From Acidobacteriota bacterium (lineage in GTDB: Bacteria > Acidobacteriota > Vicinamibacteria > Vicinamibacterales > UBA2999), in contig JAHFUO010000001.1 in the NCBI GenBank assembly GCA_023265015.1, positions 7,091 to 48,371 on the forward strand: DNA of 41,281 bases. Direction: 5' to 3'. The translations under genes and the position numbers were made by a program. Under the pieces are notes generated by a model that worked only from the letters and a program-made list of their open reading frames with translations, was not told where the DNA came from and made no database searches. Below are positions 26,815 through 36,472 of this stretch, in pieces; position 1 is the stretch's first letter; every line of letters begins with the position of its first letter.

Positions 26815-28260
26815 CTAATACCTTCCGGTGATGCGGGTTGAACCCGCGAAACGCCCGCTCGAATAATTACTCACTCCGGTCGGAATGATCGTTGCTGTCG
26901 TGCTCGCGTCCCGCGTCTCAATCCTCGAAGTGCTTGCGACCACGCCCGCGTAAAACCAGAACATGACGTTAACCGGGTCATAGTCGATGAAGGCACCTTT
27001 CCAGAAAAAAAGAACCTCCACGACGAGAAAGGCAACTATTGCGGCACTAAAACTCCGCACGAGTGGATCTCGTATGCGTCCGTGTTGGCGCAGGCCGCTC
27101 ATGATGGTGGTCGCGAACACCAAGACCGTCGCGACGAACCCACCCGCGCCCAGCTCGGCCCAGGCTTTTCCGTAGAAGTTCTCGAACCCGAGGAGCGACA
27201 CCGCCCGCCCGCCAACGATTTCTGCGTACCGCGCCGGACCTGTGCTGAGCCCGGTTCCTAAACCAAGGGTCGTGAGATCCATCGCCGATCGAAACTCGTC
27301 CAGCTGAACGCGCACCACGTAGTCCGATGCAAGCTCCGACACCGTGCGCTGCAAGTCCGCAAACGACGTGTCGAGAAGCGTGACAACAACAAAAACAGCC
27401 ACGGCACAGATCGCCGATAGCGCCGGCAACACGAATTTCCCGCGCCCTTCCAGGATCACTGCAATGAGCAGCAGCCCTGGCACGACCACAAACGCTGCGC
27501 GAACTCCCGATCCGAAGGCGGCGGCGAGTAATGCCAGCATCGCAATGAGACCTATCCCCCGCCAGACCGCGCGCGCGGATTGTCGCCACACGAGATAGGC
27601 GAGCGGAAGGACAGATAGAATGTAAGACACTTGCTGCGTCACAAACGCAAAACTGCCGGGCATTCGCGCCAAAGGCACACCTGATCCCAGATCCGTCGCA
27701 AAGAATCCTTGCGTTGCCGCAGGTGCCGCACCGGCGTACAGCCGGTACGCCGCCTCTGGTCCCGACTGGTAGTAGACGAGCAACTGGACGATGCCAAAAA
27801 CCGCTGGAAGAAGTGACGAAACGACTATCGCGCGGCTAAACCGTTGAACGTCGGCGGAGGTTCCGAAGAACTCTCGGCCCACGAAATAGAACGGCCAGTA
27901 AAATAACCATACTTTCAAACCAATGAAGGTTACCCAAATCGATTTCACTCCCGGGTTGAAAGCTTGCGCGACAACAATCGTCGCCAAGAGCGCCATGGGC
28001 GCGACGGCCGCGATCAACCCAGGCGATCGGTGAAGTCCTCGGTGCTTGGTAATCCACACTCCGAATGCAACGTAAGTAGGTATAACGAAGATAAAGTCCT
28101 TCAGTAACAGCAACACCGGAGGTGCTGGGTAAAGCATGTTCGTGAGCAAACCGCCCACAGGCAGGTAAAGGAGCAGTCCGTACACGCCACGACGCCAGTT
28201 TCGGAAAATCAACACTGATGCAATCAGCGATGAGCCAAGCAACAGAGCAACCGGCAGCAT
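26815..28260 (-). CDS. Probable Wzy polysaccharide polymerase
   Basis: About 11-12 hydrophobic segments, R..G.F, SGVRAA, LGLGTG, EN.Y.K..AELG. Adjacent to the flippase. Confidence 0.7.
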   Translation of the reverse strand: MLPVALLLGSSLIASVLIFRNWRRGVYGLLLYLPVGGLLTNMLYPAPPVLLLLKDFIFVIPTYVAFGVWITKHRGLHRSPGLIAAVAPMALLATIVVAQAFNPGVKSIWVTFIGLKVWLFYWPFYFVGREFFGTSADVQRFSRAIVVSSLLPAVFGIVQLLVYYQSGPEAAYRLYAGAAPAATQGFFATDLGSGVPLARMPGSFAFVTQQVSYILSVLPLAYLVWRQSARAVWRGIGLIAMLALLAAAFGSGVRAAFVVVPGLLLIAVILEGRGKFVLPALSAICAVAVFVVVTLLDTSFADLQRTVSELASDYVVRVQLDEFRSAMDLTTLGLGTGLSTGPARYAEIVGGRAVSLLGFENFYGKAWAELGAGGFVATVLVFATTIMSGLRQHGRIRDPLVRSFSAAIVAFLVVEVLFFWKGAFIDYDPVNVMFWFYAGVVASTSRIETRDASTTATIIPTGVSNYSSGRFAGSTRITGRY

Positions 28261-28273
28261 CTGAGTTGACGTC

Positions 28274-29647
28274 TTATAGAGGTGAGCGTGAGTGAGTAAG
28301 TTGCCAGGCTAGATAGCAGCAGACCGCAGCGTATGCGGCCAAAGACGCAGCGGCGGCGCCAATCGGTCCGGCCGACGGTAGCAAGACGACGAGCGCAACC
28401 CCCGTGATCAGCAAACCGAACCCTTCGCCGCGGCTCGCCGCGATTGGTCGACCGAGCGCCTTCAGCGAGCTCCCTAGCACGACGTTTGCGCCCAGCGGCA
28501 CCGACGCGATTGCCAAAATGCGCGCCGGCCATACTGCTGGCATGAACGTGGGTCCAAAAAACACAGAAACCAAAACAGGGGCCAGAAACCACACGGTCAC
28601 GCAACCAAAAAGAGCGCCCCACAGCGTTAACCGAAGGTAGCGTTTAACTAACTCGTGCTTGTCGCCTTCGGCAGGCGTCGATGCCACGTGCGCCAGGACC
28701 GACTGTGCAACAGTCGAGGTGAGTACAGTTCCGCACGAACTGACAGTGACCGCCGCCGCATATAGACCCAGCGCGGTCGGGGGAAGCCAGAGTGACATCA
28801 ACATCTGGTCCAAGCGGAGGTTGAACATACCAGCGAGCGATCCCATATGGGATCTGAGTCCGAAACTCGCCAGGCCATGCATCATATATGGATCGGGACC
28901 GCCGCGAAGGAGATCGCGATTGAAGGAGTACACGGCAGCGATCGCAAGGACGATAACATTACCGACCAAGGACCCCATCACACATACGTAGACTGATCCG
29001 CCAAACGCAGCAATCAGGACTATCGTGGCGACGAGAGTGGCGATATGAACTGATGCTCTCGCGATGTGATACTCGCAAATATTGAGAGAACCGGCGAGTC
29101 CACTCGTCAGACAAAGCGTTATCAAGTTGAGTGGAATGTAGGTCAAATATAAGCGTGCCGCACTGATCTCCTGTGTACTCAACTGTGTCAACACGAGCGG
29201 TAGTGCAAAATACCCGATTGGAACCGCCACGGCGGACAGAGCGGCGGCCAGCCACATTCCTGAAGCCAGTACCATCTGGCGACGGGCCGTGTAGTACGCG
29301 ATGGCATCTCCCAACCCTATCGTCGCCAGGAAAGCGATAACCGATGGCCATAAAAGAACTGCGGTCAGCGCTCCTTTACCAGCTGGCTGCAGGACGCGTG
29401 AAGTAATTACACCAGTCGCTGCCGTTGAGAGCTGGATTGCTGCTGCGGCGATAATCCCGGCGCCAAGCCAATGAAATATTCTGTCCTGCAACTGCAGGCG
29501 TGCCGTCATCGTCGCGCGTTGTATCCGCGCGCGTAGCGAGTTGTTCGTGCGTGGCAACGCCGCCGATTGTCTTGACAGGACGTCCTCTTGGGCCACTGTC
29601 AGAGGAGATCGAGGTCGAGAAGCCGAATTTACGGTCACCCCCTGCAT
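28274..29647 (-). CDS. wzx: Wzx flippase
   Basis: SRVLQPAGKG, RLDQMLMS.WL...ALGLYAAA, FFGPTFMPA, GPIGAAAAS. The start may be ATG 29509. Confidence 0.87.
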   Translation of the reverse strand: MQGVTVNSASRPRSPLTVAQEDVLSRQSAALPRTNNSLRARIQRATMTARLQLQDRIFHWLGAGIIAAAAIQLSTAATGVITSRVLQPAGKGALTAVLLWPSVIAFLATIGLGDAIAYYTARRQMVLASGMWLAAALSAVAVPIGYFALPLVLTQLSTQEISAARLYLTYIPLNLITLCLTSGLAGSLNICEYHIARASVHIATLVATIVLIAAFGGSVYVCVMGSLVGNVIVLAIAAVYSFNRDLLRGGPDPYMMHGLASFGLRSHMGSLAGMFNLRLDQMLMSLWLPPTALGLYAAAVTVSSCGTVLTSTVAQSVLAHVASTPAEGDKHELVKRYLRLTLWGALFGCVTVWFLAPVLVSVFFGPTFMPAVWPARILAIASVPLGANVVLGSSLKALGRPIAASRGEGFGLLITGVALVVLLPSAGPIGAAAASLAAYAAVCCYLAWQLTHSRSPL

Positions 29648-31243
29648 CTACGATCCGGTTCCACCGAGCACGGCGAACACGGTGCGAACGAGAATTCGGC
29701 AATCCAGCCATAGACTCCATTTGTCGATGTATTCGAGGTCGAGCAGGACCCATTCATCAAAGCTGCTTATCCGGTTACGGCCAGTGGCCTGCCAGATGCA
29801 TGTGATCCCGGGCTGAACGCACAGCTTCCTCTTGTGCCACAACTCGTACCGCTCCAGCTCGTCTGGCCCGGCCGGCCGTGGACCGACGAGGCTCATATCT
29901 CCCTTGAGGACGCTCCAGAGCTGCGGCAATTCGTTCAGGCTGTACTTTCGCAAAATTCGCCCAAGAGGCGTCACTCGCGGGTCGTCCTTGATCTTGAAGA
30001 CCGGCCCCGTCATTTCATTCTGATCCATCAGTGCTTTCTTTCGCTCGTCCGCATCCGCGACCATCGTTGTGAACTTATAGCCGGTGAACGGCCGGCCCTT
30101 CAGACCGATCACGCGCCACGGGTAGAACACCGGCAGATCCGGTGTAGTCACCTTGATCGCAATCGCGATAAGCACGAAGAGTGGTGCGAGCAATACGAGC
30201 AGGGCGGGGGCAATCACAACATCGATTATGCGTTTCAAGAACAACGCATCGCTGTCGAGATGCGGCGGCGCAAGCACGATCTCGGGCAGACGAAGCGGCT
30301 CCGATCGAAACATCAGCTTGAGATCGCGTACATTGCCGACCAAGAGCGCTTCCGGAACGATCCGCAGGAGTACTCGAAAGTAGTCACACTCTTCGATGAC
30401 CTGACGCAGCCAGTTGTGCTCGCCCGAGGACTGGACGGCGATAACCTCATGGATCGGGTAGTTGATGAGGAGCCCGCCGAGGTCTTTCGAGCCTCCGAGT
30501 AGGCTGAGATCCACGTCACCCAGATCTTCTGCCGTACGGACGGCGAGCCATCCGGCCAGTTGATAATGACTCTTCGGAACGTTCTGGCGGAAATGTTGCG
30601 TCATCCATCGAATGGCCGACGACCTCCCCACTAAGAGCACGTTCTTCGCGTATACGCCTGACGCCAAGCGTCTCTTCTGGTAAAGCCGGAGCGCGGACCG
30701 ATATGTTACGAGGCCGAGAGCACCAAGGAAACCGAACGTGAAGATGAACACACGGCTGGAGCTGGAGATCTTCAGCGCGAAGAACGTTAACGTTAGAAAA
30801 CTCAACGCGACAAGGGGCGAGAACACGCTGCTGAGCACCAGCCGTGAACGGCTTTGATGGACGACCTGTCTGTAGCCGCCGAACAGCTCCATGAAAAGGA
30901 CCGCGAGAGGCGCTGTCACGATAAGAACCCAAACCATCGACAGCGCGGAGGGGAACTGATCAAAACTCGGGCTGCCGGGCAGCGACAGCCACTTCGGCAG
31001 TGACAACCGGAATGGGCCAGAGGGAAGCAGCAGCCACTGAACCCACGGTGCGATCAACCCCGTCATGAGGAATGCGAGGCCGAGCGTGCCGATGTCCGCA
31101 AGGGCGAGAAATGTCGGCGGTATTGTTTCGTCGTTGCCGGCGGCTCTCGTCATGGCTACATCGGCCGGGGTGGTACGCGGCACGGCCGTTGCCGAGGGCC
31201 AGCCGGCGGTGGTGGATTCTGATGTTGAGGAGGCGGGGATCAT
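29648..31243 (-). CDS. Priming polyprenyl-phosphate glycosylphosphotransferase (WcaJ/CpsE-like)
   Basis: N-terminal TMs, CoA-binding-like domain, KRIIDV, KFTTM, DDPRVTPLGRILRKYSLNELPQLWSVLKGDMSLVGPRP, PGITC.WQ, LDLEYI. Confidence 0.95.
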   Translation of the reverse strand: MIPASSTSESTTAGWPSATAVPRTTPADVAMTRAAGNDETIPPTFLALADIGTLGLAFLMTGLIAPWVQWLLLPSGPFRLSLPKWLSLPGSPSFDQFPSALSMVWVLIVTAPLAVLFMELFGGYRQVVHQSRSRLVLSSVFSPLVALSFLTLTFFALKISSSSRVFIFTFGFLGALGLVTYRSALRLYQKRRLASGVYAKNVLLVGRSSAIRWMTQHFRQNVPKSHYQLAGWLAVRTAEDLGDVDLSLLGGSKDLGGLLINYPIHEVIAVQSSGEHNWLRQVIEECDYFRVLLRIVPEALLVGNVRDLKLMFRSEPLRLPEIVLAPPHLDSDALFLKRIIDVVIAPALLVLLAPLFVLIAIAIKVTTPDLPVFYPWRVIGLKGRPFTGYKFTTMVADADERKKALMDQNEMTGPVFKIKDDPRVTPLGRILRKYSLNELPQLWSVLKGDMSLVGPRPAGPDELERYELWHKRKLCVQPGITCIWQATGRNRISSFDEWVLLDLEYIDKWSLWLDCRILVRTVFAVLGGTGS

Positions 31244-31273
31244 CGGGAGATCACGGCACCCGCGCCACGGGTG

Positions 31274-33556
31274 TCAGGCGTGAGCGTCTTTCTGGTAGTG
31301 ATCGCTGTATTCGCGACGGTAGTACTGCGAGTAGTAGTACGAATTGTGCTGGAGGTCCACGCGGTTCAGCACGCCGCCGATGAATTTCGCTCTGGCATGC
31401 TCGAGTTGCTCGAGCGCGCGCTGCCCGGCGTGGCGGCTCGTCATCTCGGCGCCGACGACGAACAGCACGCCGGTGGTCAGGTGCGCCAGCACTGACGAGT
31501 CGGTCGCCGCCATCACCGGCGGCGTGTCGAGCAGCACCCAGTCGAAGCGCTGCGAGAGCGACGCCATGAACTCCTCGAACTGCTTGGACCCCAGAAGCTC
31601 CGCCGGGTTGGGAGGATGCAGGCCGGCCGGCATAATCCACAGCCCCGGCACCGTCGTCGTGTGGACTGCCTCGGATGCCTTCGCGTTGCCGACGAGGAGG
31701 TTCGACAGCCCCGGCTCCTGCGGACTGCCAAACACACTGTGCACGCGCGGCTTGCGCATGTCGGCGTCGATGAGCAGCACCCGCTGCCCTGACTGCGCGA
31801 GCGCGACGGCGAGATTGGTGGACACGATGGTCTTGCCTTCACTCGGACCGGTGCTGGTCACGACGATGCTCCGGCTGCCTTCGTCAGCTGAGGAGAAGAG
31901 CACGTTGGTCCGGATGGCGCGGAAGCTTTCGGAGAAGTCCGCCGGCACGCCGTTGTTGATGAGCGGGTTCTCGATCCCTTTGTCGAAGAGCGCCGGCACC
32001 ATGCCGAGAAACGGCAGGCCAAGGTGCTGCTTGATTTCGTCCGGGCTCTTGATCCGGCTGTCCAGGTACTCGAAGAAGAACGCAAGGCCGATGGCCAGTG
32101 TGGCGCCGCCGAACAGTGCGAGCAGGAGGTTGTTCGTGGTGTTTGGCGTGGTAGGACGCCGAGGCGTTTCGGCGGCATCCACCACGCGAATGTTGCTCGT
32201 CTTGAGCTCGCCAGAGATGCCGGTTTCCTTTGTCCGCTGCATCAGGCTCTCAAAGATCTGCCGGTTGCTGGCCGCGTCGCGCGCGAGGACGCCGTACTTG
32301 ATCCCCTTGCGGTTCAGGGCCAGCGCGTCCTGTTTCTGCCGGTCAAGCGCCGTCGTCAGACTTCGCTCCTGCGAAAGCGTCTGCTGGTAGTCGTTCCCCA
32401 TCGCCTGCACGACCTTGGCAATTTCCCCTTGGATCCTCGCCTCGGCCGTCTGGATGCCCAGACCGATCTTCACCATGTCGGGATGGTTCGGGCCGAGCTT
32501 GTCCGAGAGCTGCGCCTGCTGCCGCTGCAGGTCGGCCAGCGCGCTCTTCTGCTGCTGGATGAACGTGTTCGATAGAATCGCCGGAAAGGTGTCGAGCGCG
32601 GCGCGGTCGTTCTGCAGAGCGCGGATCTGCGTGTACGCCGCCTCCTTCTGGATCCGCTCGGTCTTCGCGCGCGTCACCGCCGCATTCAAGTCGGTCAGCT
32701 TCTGGACGACGATGTTCTGCTTGTCCTCGATGGCGACGGCGTCGGTTTGCTCGCGATAGCGCTGCAGTGCCTGCTCGCTCGCCTCCACCTGCTTGCGCTG
32801 CTCGGCCAGTTGCGTCCCCAGCCAGTCGGACGCTTCCTTGCTCGACAGGAACTTGAACTCCAGGTTCTGCTCGATGTATGAGCGGGCGAGGGTGTTGGCG
32901 ACGTTGGCGGAGAGCACCGCGTCGGGCGACTCGAACGTGACGTCCACGAGGCGACTGTTGCGGATTGGCGACACCGTCAGGTCGTTCAGGAAGCGATCGA
33001 TCGTTCTCGACTCGGTCTTCGTTTCGTCCACCACCGGCGGCTCGACGGGCCTGGCCGGCTGGAACCAGCCGGACACGAGCACCACCGGCGCGACGATCAT
33101 CTTGCGGACGGTGAGAGAGCCATCGTCTTTGGGATTGAACCACGGGTGATCCCACAGCTTCAGCGCTTCGATCGTGCGGCGGGCCAGCGCGCGGCTCTGC
33201 AGGATCTTGTACTGCGTCTGGTAGTAATCGTCGGCGATCTGGTTCTGCTCGAACGCTTCCTTGAAGGAGATGACGTTCGTGGCTTCTTTCTCGATCAGGA
33301 TCAGCACGCGCGCCTCGTACATCGGCGTCGCGGTGAACGTGTACACGGTGACGGACAGGACGACGATCAGGAAGGCTGTTATCGCCGTCCATCGGCGCCT
33401 GTACAGCACCTTGACGTAGTCGAGGAGGTGCACCTCGGTGTCGCCGAGAACGTTCGAGCCGTAGCCATAGCCGTAGCCTGGCGTCACCCGCCCCGCCGGC
33501 GCGATACGAACCGGTTCCGTCGAAGCTCCGGTTTTCCGCCGGACCTGTTTGGACAT
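31274..33556 (-). CDS. wzc: Polysaccharide co-polymerase / tyrosine autokinase
   Basis: Two TMs flanking a coiled coil, ESFRAIRTN, Walker A TSTGPSEGKT, LIDADMRKP, LLDTPP, C-terminal Tyr cluster YYYSQYYRREYSDHY. Confidence 0.95.
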   Translation of the reverse strand: MSKQVRRKTGASTEPVRIAPAGRVTPGYGYGYGSNVLGDTEVHLLDYVKVLYRRRWTAITAFLIVVLSVTVYTFTATPMYEARVLILIEKEATNVISFKEAFEQNQIADDYYQTQYKILQSRALARRTIEALKLWDHPWFNPKDDGSLTVRKMIVAPVVLVSGWFQPARPVEPPVVDETKTESRTIDRFLNDLTVSPIRNSRLVDVTFESPDAVLSANVANTLARSYIEQNLEFKFLSSKEASDWLGTQLAEQRKQVEASEQALQRYREQTDAVAIEDKQNIVVQKLTDLNAAVTRAKTERIQKEAAYTQIRALQNDRAALDTFPAILSNTFIQQQKSALADLQRQQAQLSDKLGPNHPDMVKIGLGIQTAEARIQGEIAKVVQAMGNDYQQTLSQERSLTTALDRQKQDALALNRKGIKYGVLARDAASNRQIFESLMQRTKETGISGELKTSNIRVVDAAETPRRPTTPNTTNNLLLALFGGATLAIGLAFFFEYLDSRIKSPDEIKQHLGLPFLGMVPALFDKGIENPLINNGVPADFSESFRAIRTNVLFSSADEGSRSIVVTSTGPSEGKTIVSTNLAVALAQSGQRVLLIDADMRKPRVHSVFGSPQEPGLSNLLVGNAKASEAVHTTTVPGLWIMPAGLHPPNPAELLGSKQFEEFMASLSQRFDWVLLDTPPVMAATDSSVLAHLTTGVLFVVGAEMTSRHAGQRALEQLEHARAKFIGGVLNRVDLQHNSYYYSQYYRREYSDHYQKDAHA

Positions 33557-34425
33557 CAGAAGAACCTCTCGGCGACGATGATCGTGTCACCTGGCAATAC
33601 GACGTCAGTGAGTTTCGCCTTGATCTCTCGCTTCTCGCCACTCACCACACGAACAATTTTTATGCGGTTTGTCGATCCGCGGTCCGTGACCCCGCCCGCC
33701 AACGACAGTGCCTGGAGAACAGTCGTGTTCTTCTGTTGAAGCGCGTACGCACTCGGGTTCTTTACTTGACCGAACACATACACGCTCTCGGCACGGGGTA
33801 CAAAAATTGTGTCGCCGTCACGCAACACGGCATTTTGGGAAAATAGGCCGTTTTCCAGATCGCGGAGGTTGATCCGCGTGACATTGGCGGCGGTGTCTTG
33901 ATCGGGAAGGACCGGGCCACCAATATCCTGTCGTGAGGGGTGGACGACAACGGCTTCTCCACTCGCTGTTTGAAGAGTCGATCCCGCCCGCGCCAACATC
34001 TCGACAAGCGTCATGTCGCCAGAGAGCGCATAGGAACCCGGATTGCGCACTTCGCCGACAATAAAAACTTTCTGGCTTCGATATTGTTCGACCGAAACAG
34101 TGACCTGTGGATTGTTGAAGAAGCCTTTGTCTTTCAACTGCTTCTTCACCTCCGCCTCAACCTGGCGGAGAGTCATCCCACCGGCTTTGACACGTCCGAT
34201 CAGCGGGTATGTGAACGTGCCGTCGGCCTCGACCGTGAACTTGCCGGACAGATCCGCCTGGTCGTAGCTGGTGATCGTGAGAATGTCCTGGGCTCCGACG
34301 ACGTAATCGGTGGATGGAACGACAGGACCGTTGGATGGTGTTTGCGCGGACAGGTAGCCGACCGCCATGAGGCACAACGCCGACGCCATGATCAGAGTAG
34401 CCCCCAGGTGACCGCCCGAAGGCAT
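33556..34425 (-). CDS. wza: Polysaccharide export protein (OPX), short form
   Basis: Poly_export DYVVGAQD...DGTFTYPLIGRVKAGG, two SLBB repeats (GEVRNPG, GQVKNP), ends PGDTIIVAERFF. Probable ATG 34425. Confidence 0.9.
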   Translation of the reverse strand: MPSGGHLGATLIMASALCLMAVGYLSAQTPSNGPVVPSTDYVVGAQDILTITSYDQADLSGKFTVEADGTFTYPLIGRVKAGGMTLRQVEAEVKKQLKDKGFFNNPQVTVSVEQYRSQKVFIVGEVRNPGSYALSGDMTLVEMLARAGSTLQTASGEAVVVHPSRQDIGGPVLPDQDTAANVTRINLRDLENGLFSQNAVLRDGDTIFVPRAESVYVFGQVKNPSAYALQQKNTTVLQALSLAGGVTDRGSTNRIKIVRVVSGEKREIKAKLTDVVLPGDTIIVAERFF

Positions 34426-34453
34426 AGACGATCGTCGCTGCAAATGTCCGTCC

Positions 34454-35704
34454 CTATTGTGCATACGTGACCGATGCCCCGACCCTGTAGGCTGCGTAGT
34501 CCCGGCGCTGGACGGGGGAACCGCGCCGGTACTTGTCCACGTTGAAACCAACCCGCACCGTCGGATTCAGGTGATAGCCAATGCCGACGCCGAACTGATC
34601 GATCTTGTCGGTGCGGCCCACTGTAGCCGTCGTCAAGCCCACGCGCGTGCGGTACGCGAGGTTCTGCCGGCCGACACGGGCCTGCGCGTCCCAGCTGTTG
34701 GCGACACGCTGGGTGACCGTGCCGATCACGCCTGTCTGCACGTAGTACGGATAGTCACGCTCGTATGAATAGTTCGTGTCGCGTTCGGTCTGCACGGACA
34801 GGCGCGCCACACCACGAACCACATAGCCGAGGTCCGCACGTACGACCGCGCCCTTGAATGATTCGGACCCGCCGCCCACCACGTCGAACCTGCGGAAGCC
34901 CACGCGTGCGCTGCCATCGATGAGCGCGCGTGTCTTCAGGTCGAACCCGACCGTCCCGCGCATGCTGTCGGTGTCACGCTCGGGCGAGAAATCGAAGCGG
35001 TCACGCGCCGCGCTGGTCTCGACGACGAACGTCGTGAGAACCGTCAGGTCCTGCCGGTACGACAACGTTGCCGAGTCGCCCCTGCGATCGAGGTACTGCT
35101 TCAGGCTGTTGCCGAAGAAGACCGCGTCGCCATTCCAGGACGTTTCGTTACGATGCAAACCGAAACCGACGCTGGTCTTGTCCCCGACACGGTAGTCGAG
35201 GCCGAAACCGACATCGTTCACGTTCCTTCGCGTCCGCAGGTCGATCTCGTAGCCTGCGCGTTGCCGCCCACTGTAGCTGCCGCCTTCTGCCCACGGAGTC
35301 AGACGATTGAGCGGCACCTCGAGTCGGGCGCCGAAGCCGCCGTCGACCGACCGCTCGCTCGAATACTTCTGGAAGTACACGAGGTCGTTGCGGCCGCGGA
35401 CGGCCAGCCGCGCGCGGCCCGCGCGCACCCACGCGTCGAGTGCAGGCGACAGCGTGCCCGTGAAGTCCGGCTTCGGGTCGACGACGGTGTTGAATACATT
35501 GCTGTCGACGCCGATGTTGCTGAGCGCCACCGTCGGGTTCACCGACAGACCGCGCACTCGGATTCGCGGGCGCGACTGATCGTCTTCCGGCGGCGGTGGC
35601 GCGACCTGCGCGCGCGCGCGCGCCGGAACGAGACACATAGACATTACGACCAGAGCGCCGATGCGCCGCGCGTTTGGAACGTTCAGGATATTGGCCTCGG
35701 ACAC
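34454..35704 (-). CDS. Outer-membrane beta-barrel protein (EPS-associated)
   Basis: Signal peptide, VNPTVAL..GVDSNVF, alternating amphipathic strands, terminal strand YRVGASVTYAQ. Directly upstream of wza. Confidence 0.82.
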   Translation of the reverse strand: MSEANILNVPNARRIGALVVMSMCLVPARARAQVAPPPPEDDQSRPRIRVRGLSVNPTVALSNIGVDSNVFNTVVDPKPDFTGTLSPALDAWVRAGRARLAVRGRNDLVYFQKYSSERSVDGGFGARLEVPLNRLTPWAEGGSYSGRQRAGYEIDLRTRRNVNDVGFGLDYRVGDKTSVGFGLHRNETSWNGDAVFFGNSLKQYLDRRGDSATLSYRQDLTVLTTFVVETSAARDRFDFSPERDTDSMRGTVGFDLKTRALIDGSARVGFRRFDVVGGGSESFKGAVVRADLGYVVRGVARLSVQTERDTNYSYERDYPYYVQTGVIGTVTQRVANSWDAQARVGRQNLAYRTRVGLTTATVGRTDKIDQFGVGIGYHLNPTVRVGFNVDKYRRGSPVQRRDYAAYRVGASVTYAQ

Positions 35705-35709
35705 GGAGG

Positions 35710-35786
35710 AGAAAGAAATTCAGGGCCGATGGAGCGTTCGGCCCCCCTGCAAGCGATCCGTCGGGCCGACATGAAGTCGGCCCCAC
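35710..35786 (-). terminator. Two related GC hairpins (REP-like); the downstream one is followed by a U-rich tract
   Basis: GGGCCGAC-ATGAA-GTCGGCCC (35763-35783) and GGGCCGA-N8-TCGGCCC (35723-35744). The minus strand continues TGAATTTCTTTCT. Confidence 0.55.
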
Positions 35787-35795
35787 GAAAACTTC

Positions 35796-36419
35796 TTACC
35801 GACTCGGGCTGGCGGGACCGTTGTTCGCAATAATCGCCGCGGCGCCAACAGCTGCACTCGCCGCGACGATGCCGTCAACAATGGCCGCGGTGCTGACGCC
35901 CGCAACCGCCGCACCTGCCGCCGCGCCTGCTGCAGCCGCACCTGCCGCCGCACCGCCTGCCGCAGCCGCGCCTCCCGCAGCCGCCGCACCGGCGCCAGCA
36001 GCAGCAGCGGCCGCACCCGCGGCAGCTCCCGCTGCGCCCGCGAGCGCTGCTGCAGACACGCTCGCGCTCACGGTAGCAGCCATCGCCCCCGCGACGAGCG
36101 TTACCGTTGTCGTGCTCAGAACCGCGCCTGTTGCGCTCACAACATTCACGCTGTATGTGCCCGCTGCAAGACCGCCGAACCTGAACGTGCCGGTTGCCGT
36201 CGTCATGGCGCTGCCGACGATCTGGCCCGCCGCAGTGACGACGTTCACCATCACGCCTGCGAGGGGACCGGCGGGACCGCTGGCCGTGCCGGTGATGACG
36301 CCAATCAACTGCTGCGCCTGCGCATGCAACTGCGCCTGCAACTGCGCCTGCGCCCGCAGCGGCGCGAACTGCGAGAATGCGAAGGCGAGAAGGACGGCAC
36401 CGGTCAGAATTCGTTTCAT
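35796..36419 (-). CDS. Exported protein: carboxypeptidase-regulatory-like beta-sandwich, Ala/Gly-rich stalk and hydrophobic tail
   Basis: Sec signal MKRILTGAVLLAFAFSQFAPLRA, GVITGT...PLAGVMVNV...TTATGTFRFGGLAAGTYSVNV, a 53-aa Ala/Gly tract, and C-terminus ...GAAAIIANNGPASPSR. Confidence 0.82.
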   Translation of the reverse strand: MKRILTGAVLLAFAFSQFAPLRAQAQLQAQLHAQAQQLIGVITGTASGPAGPLAGVMVNVVTAAGQIVGSAMTTATGTFRFGGLAAGTYSVNVVSATGAVLSTTTVTLVAGAMAATVSASVSAAALAGAAGAAAGAAAAAAGAGAAAAGGAAAAGGAAAGAAAAGAAAGAAVAGVSTAAIVDGIVAASAAVGAAAIIANNGPASPSR

Positions 36420-36472
36420 ACGCTTCTACTATCGGCCCGTTCGCCGAGATTCCGTATCCGGCTTGCAACACG

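Noticed and set aside
32343-33641. 432-aa alternative-frame ORF overlapping wzc
   Set aside because: Same-strand off-frame ORF, Arg/Gly/Pro-rich with no motifs. wzc is intact in its own frame.
36429-36460. Sigma28-like -10 element (GCCGATAG) upstream of the Ala-rich gene
   Set aside because: No TAAA-like -35 element at the expected spacing.
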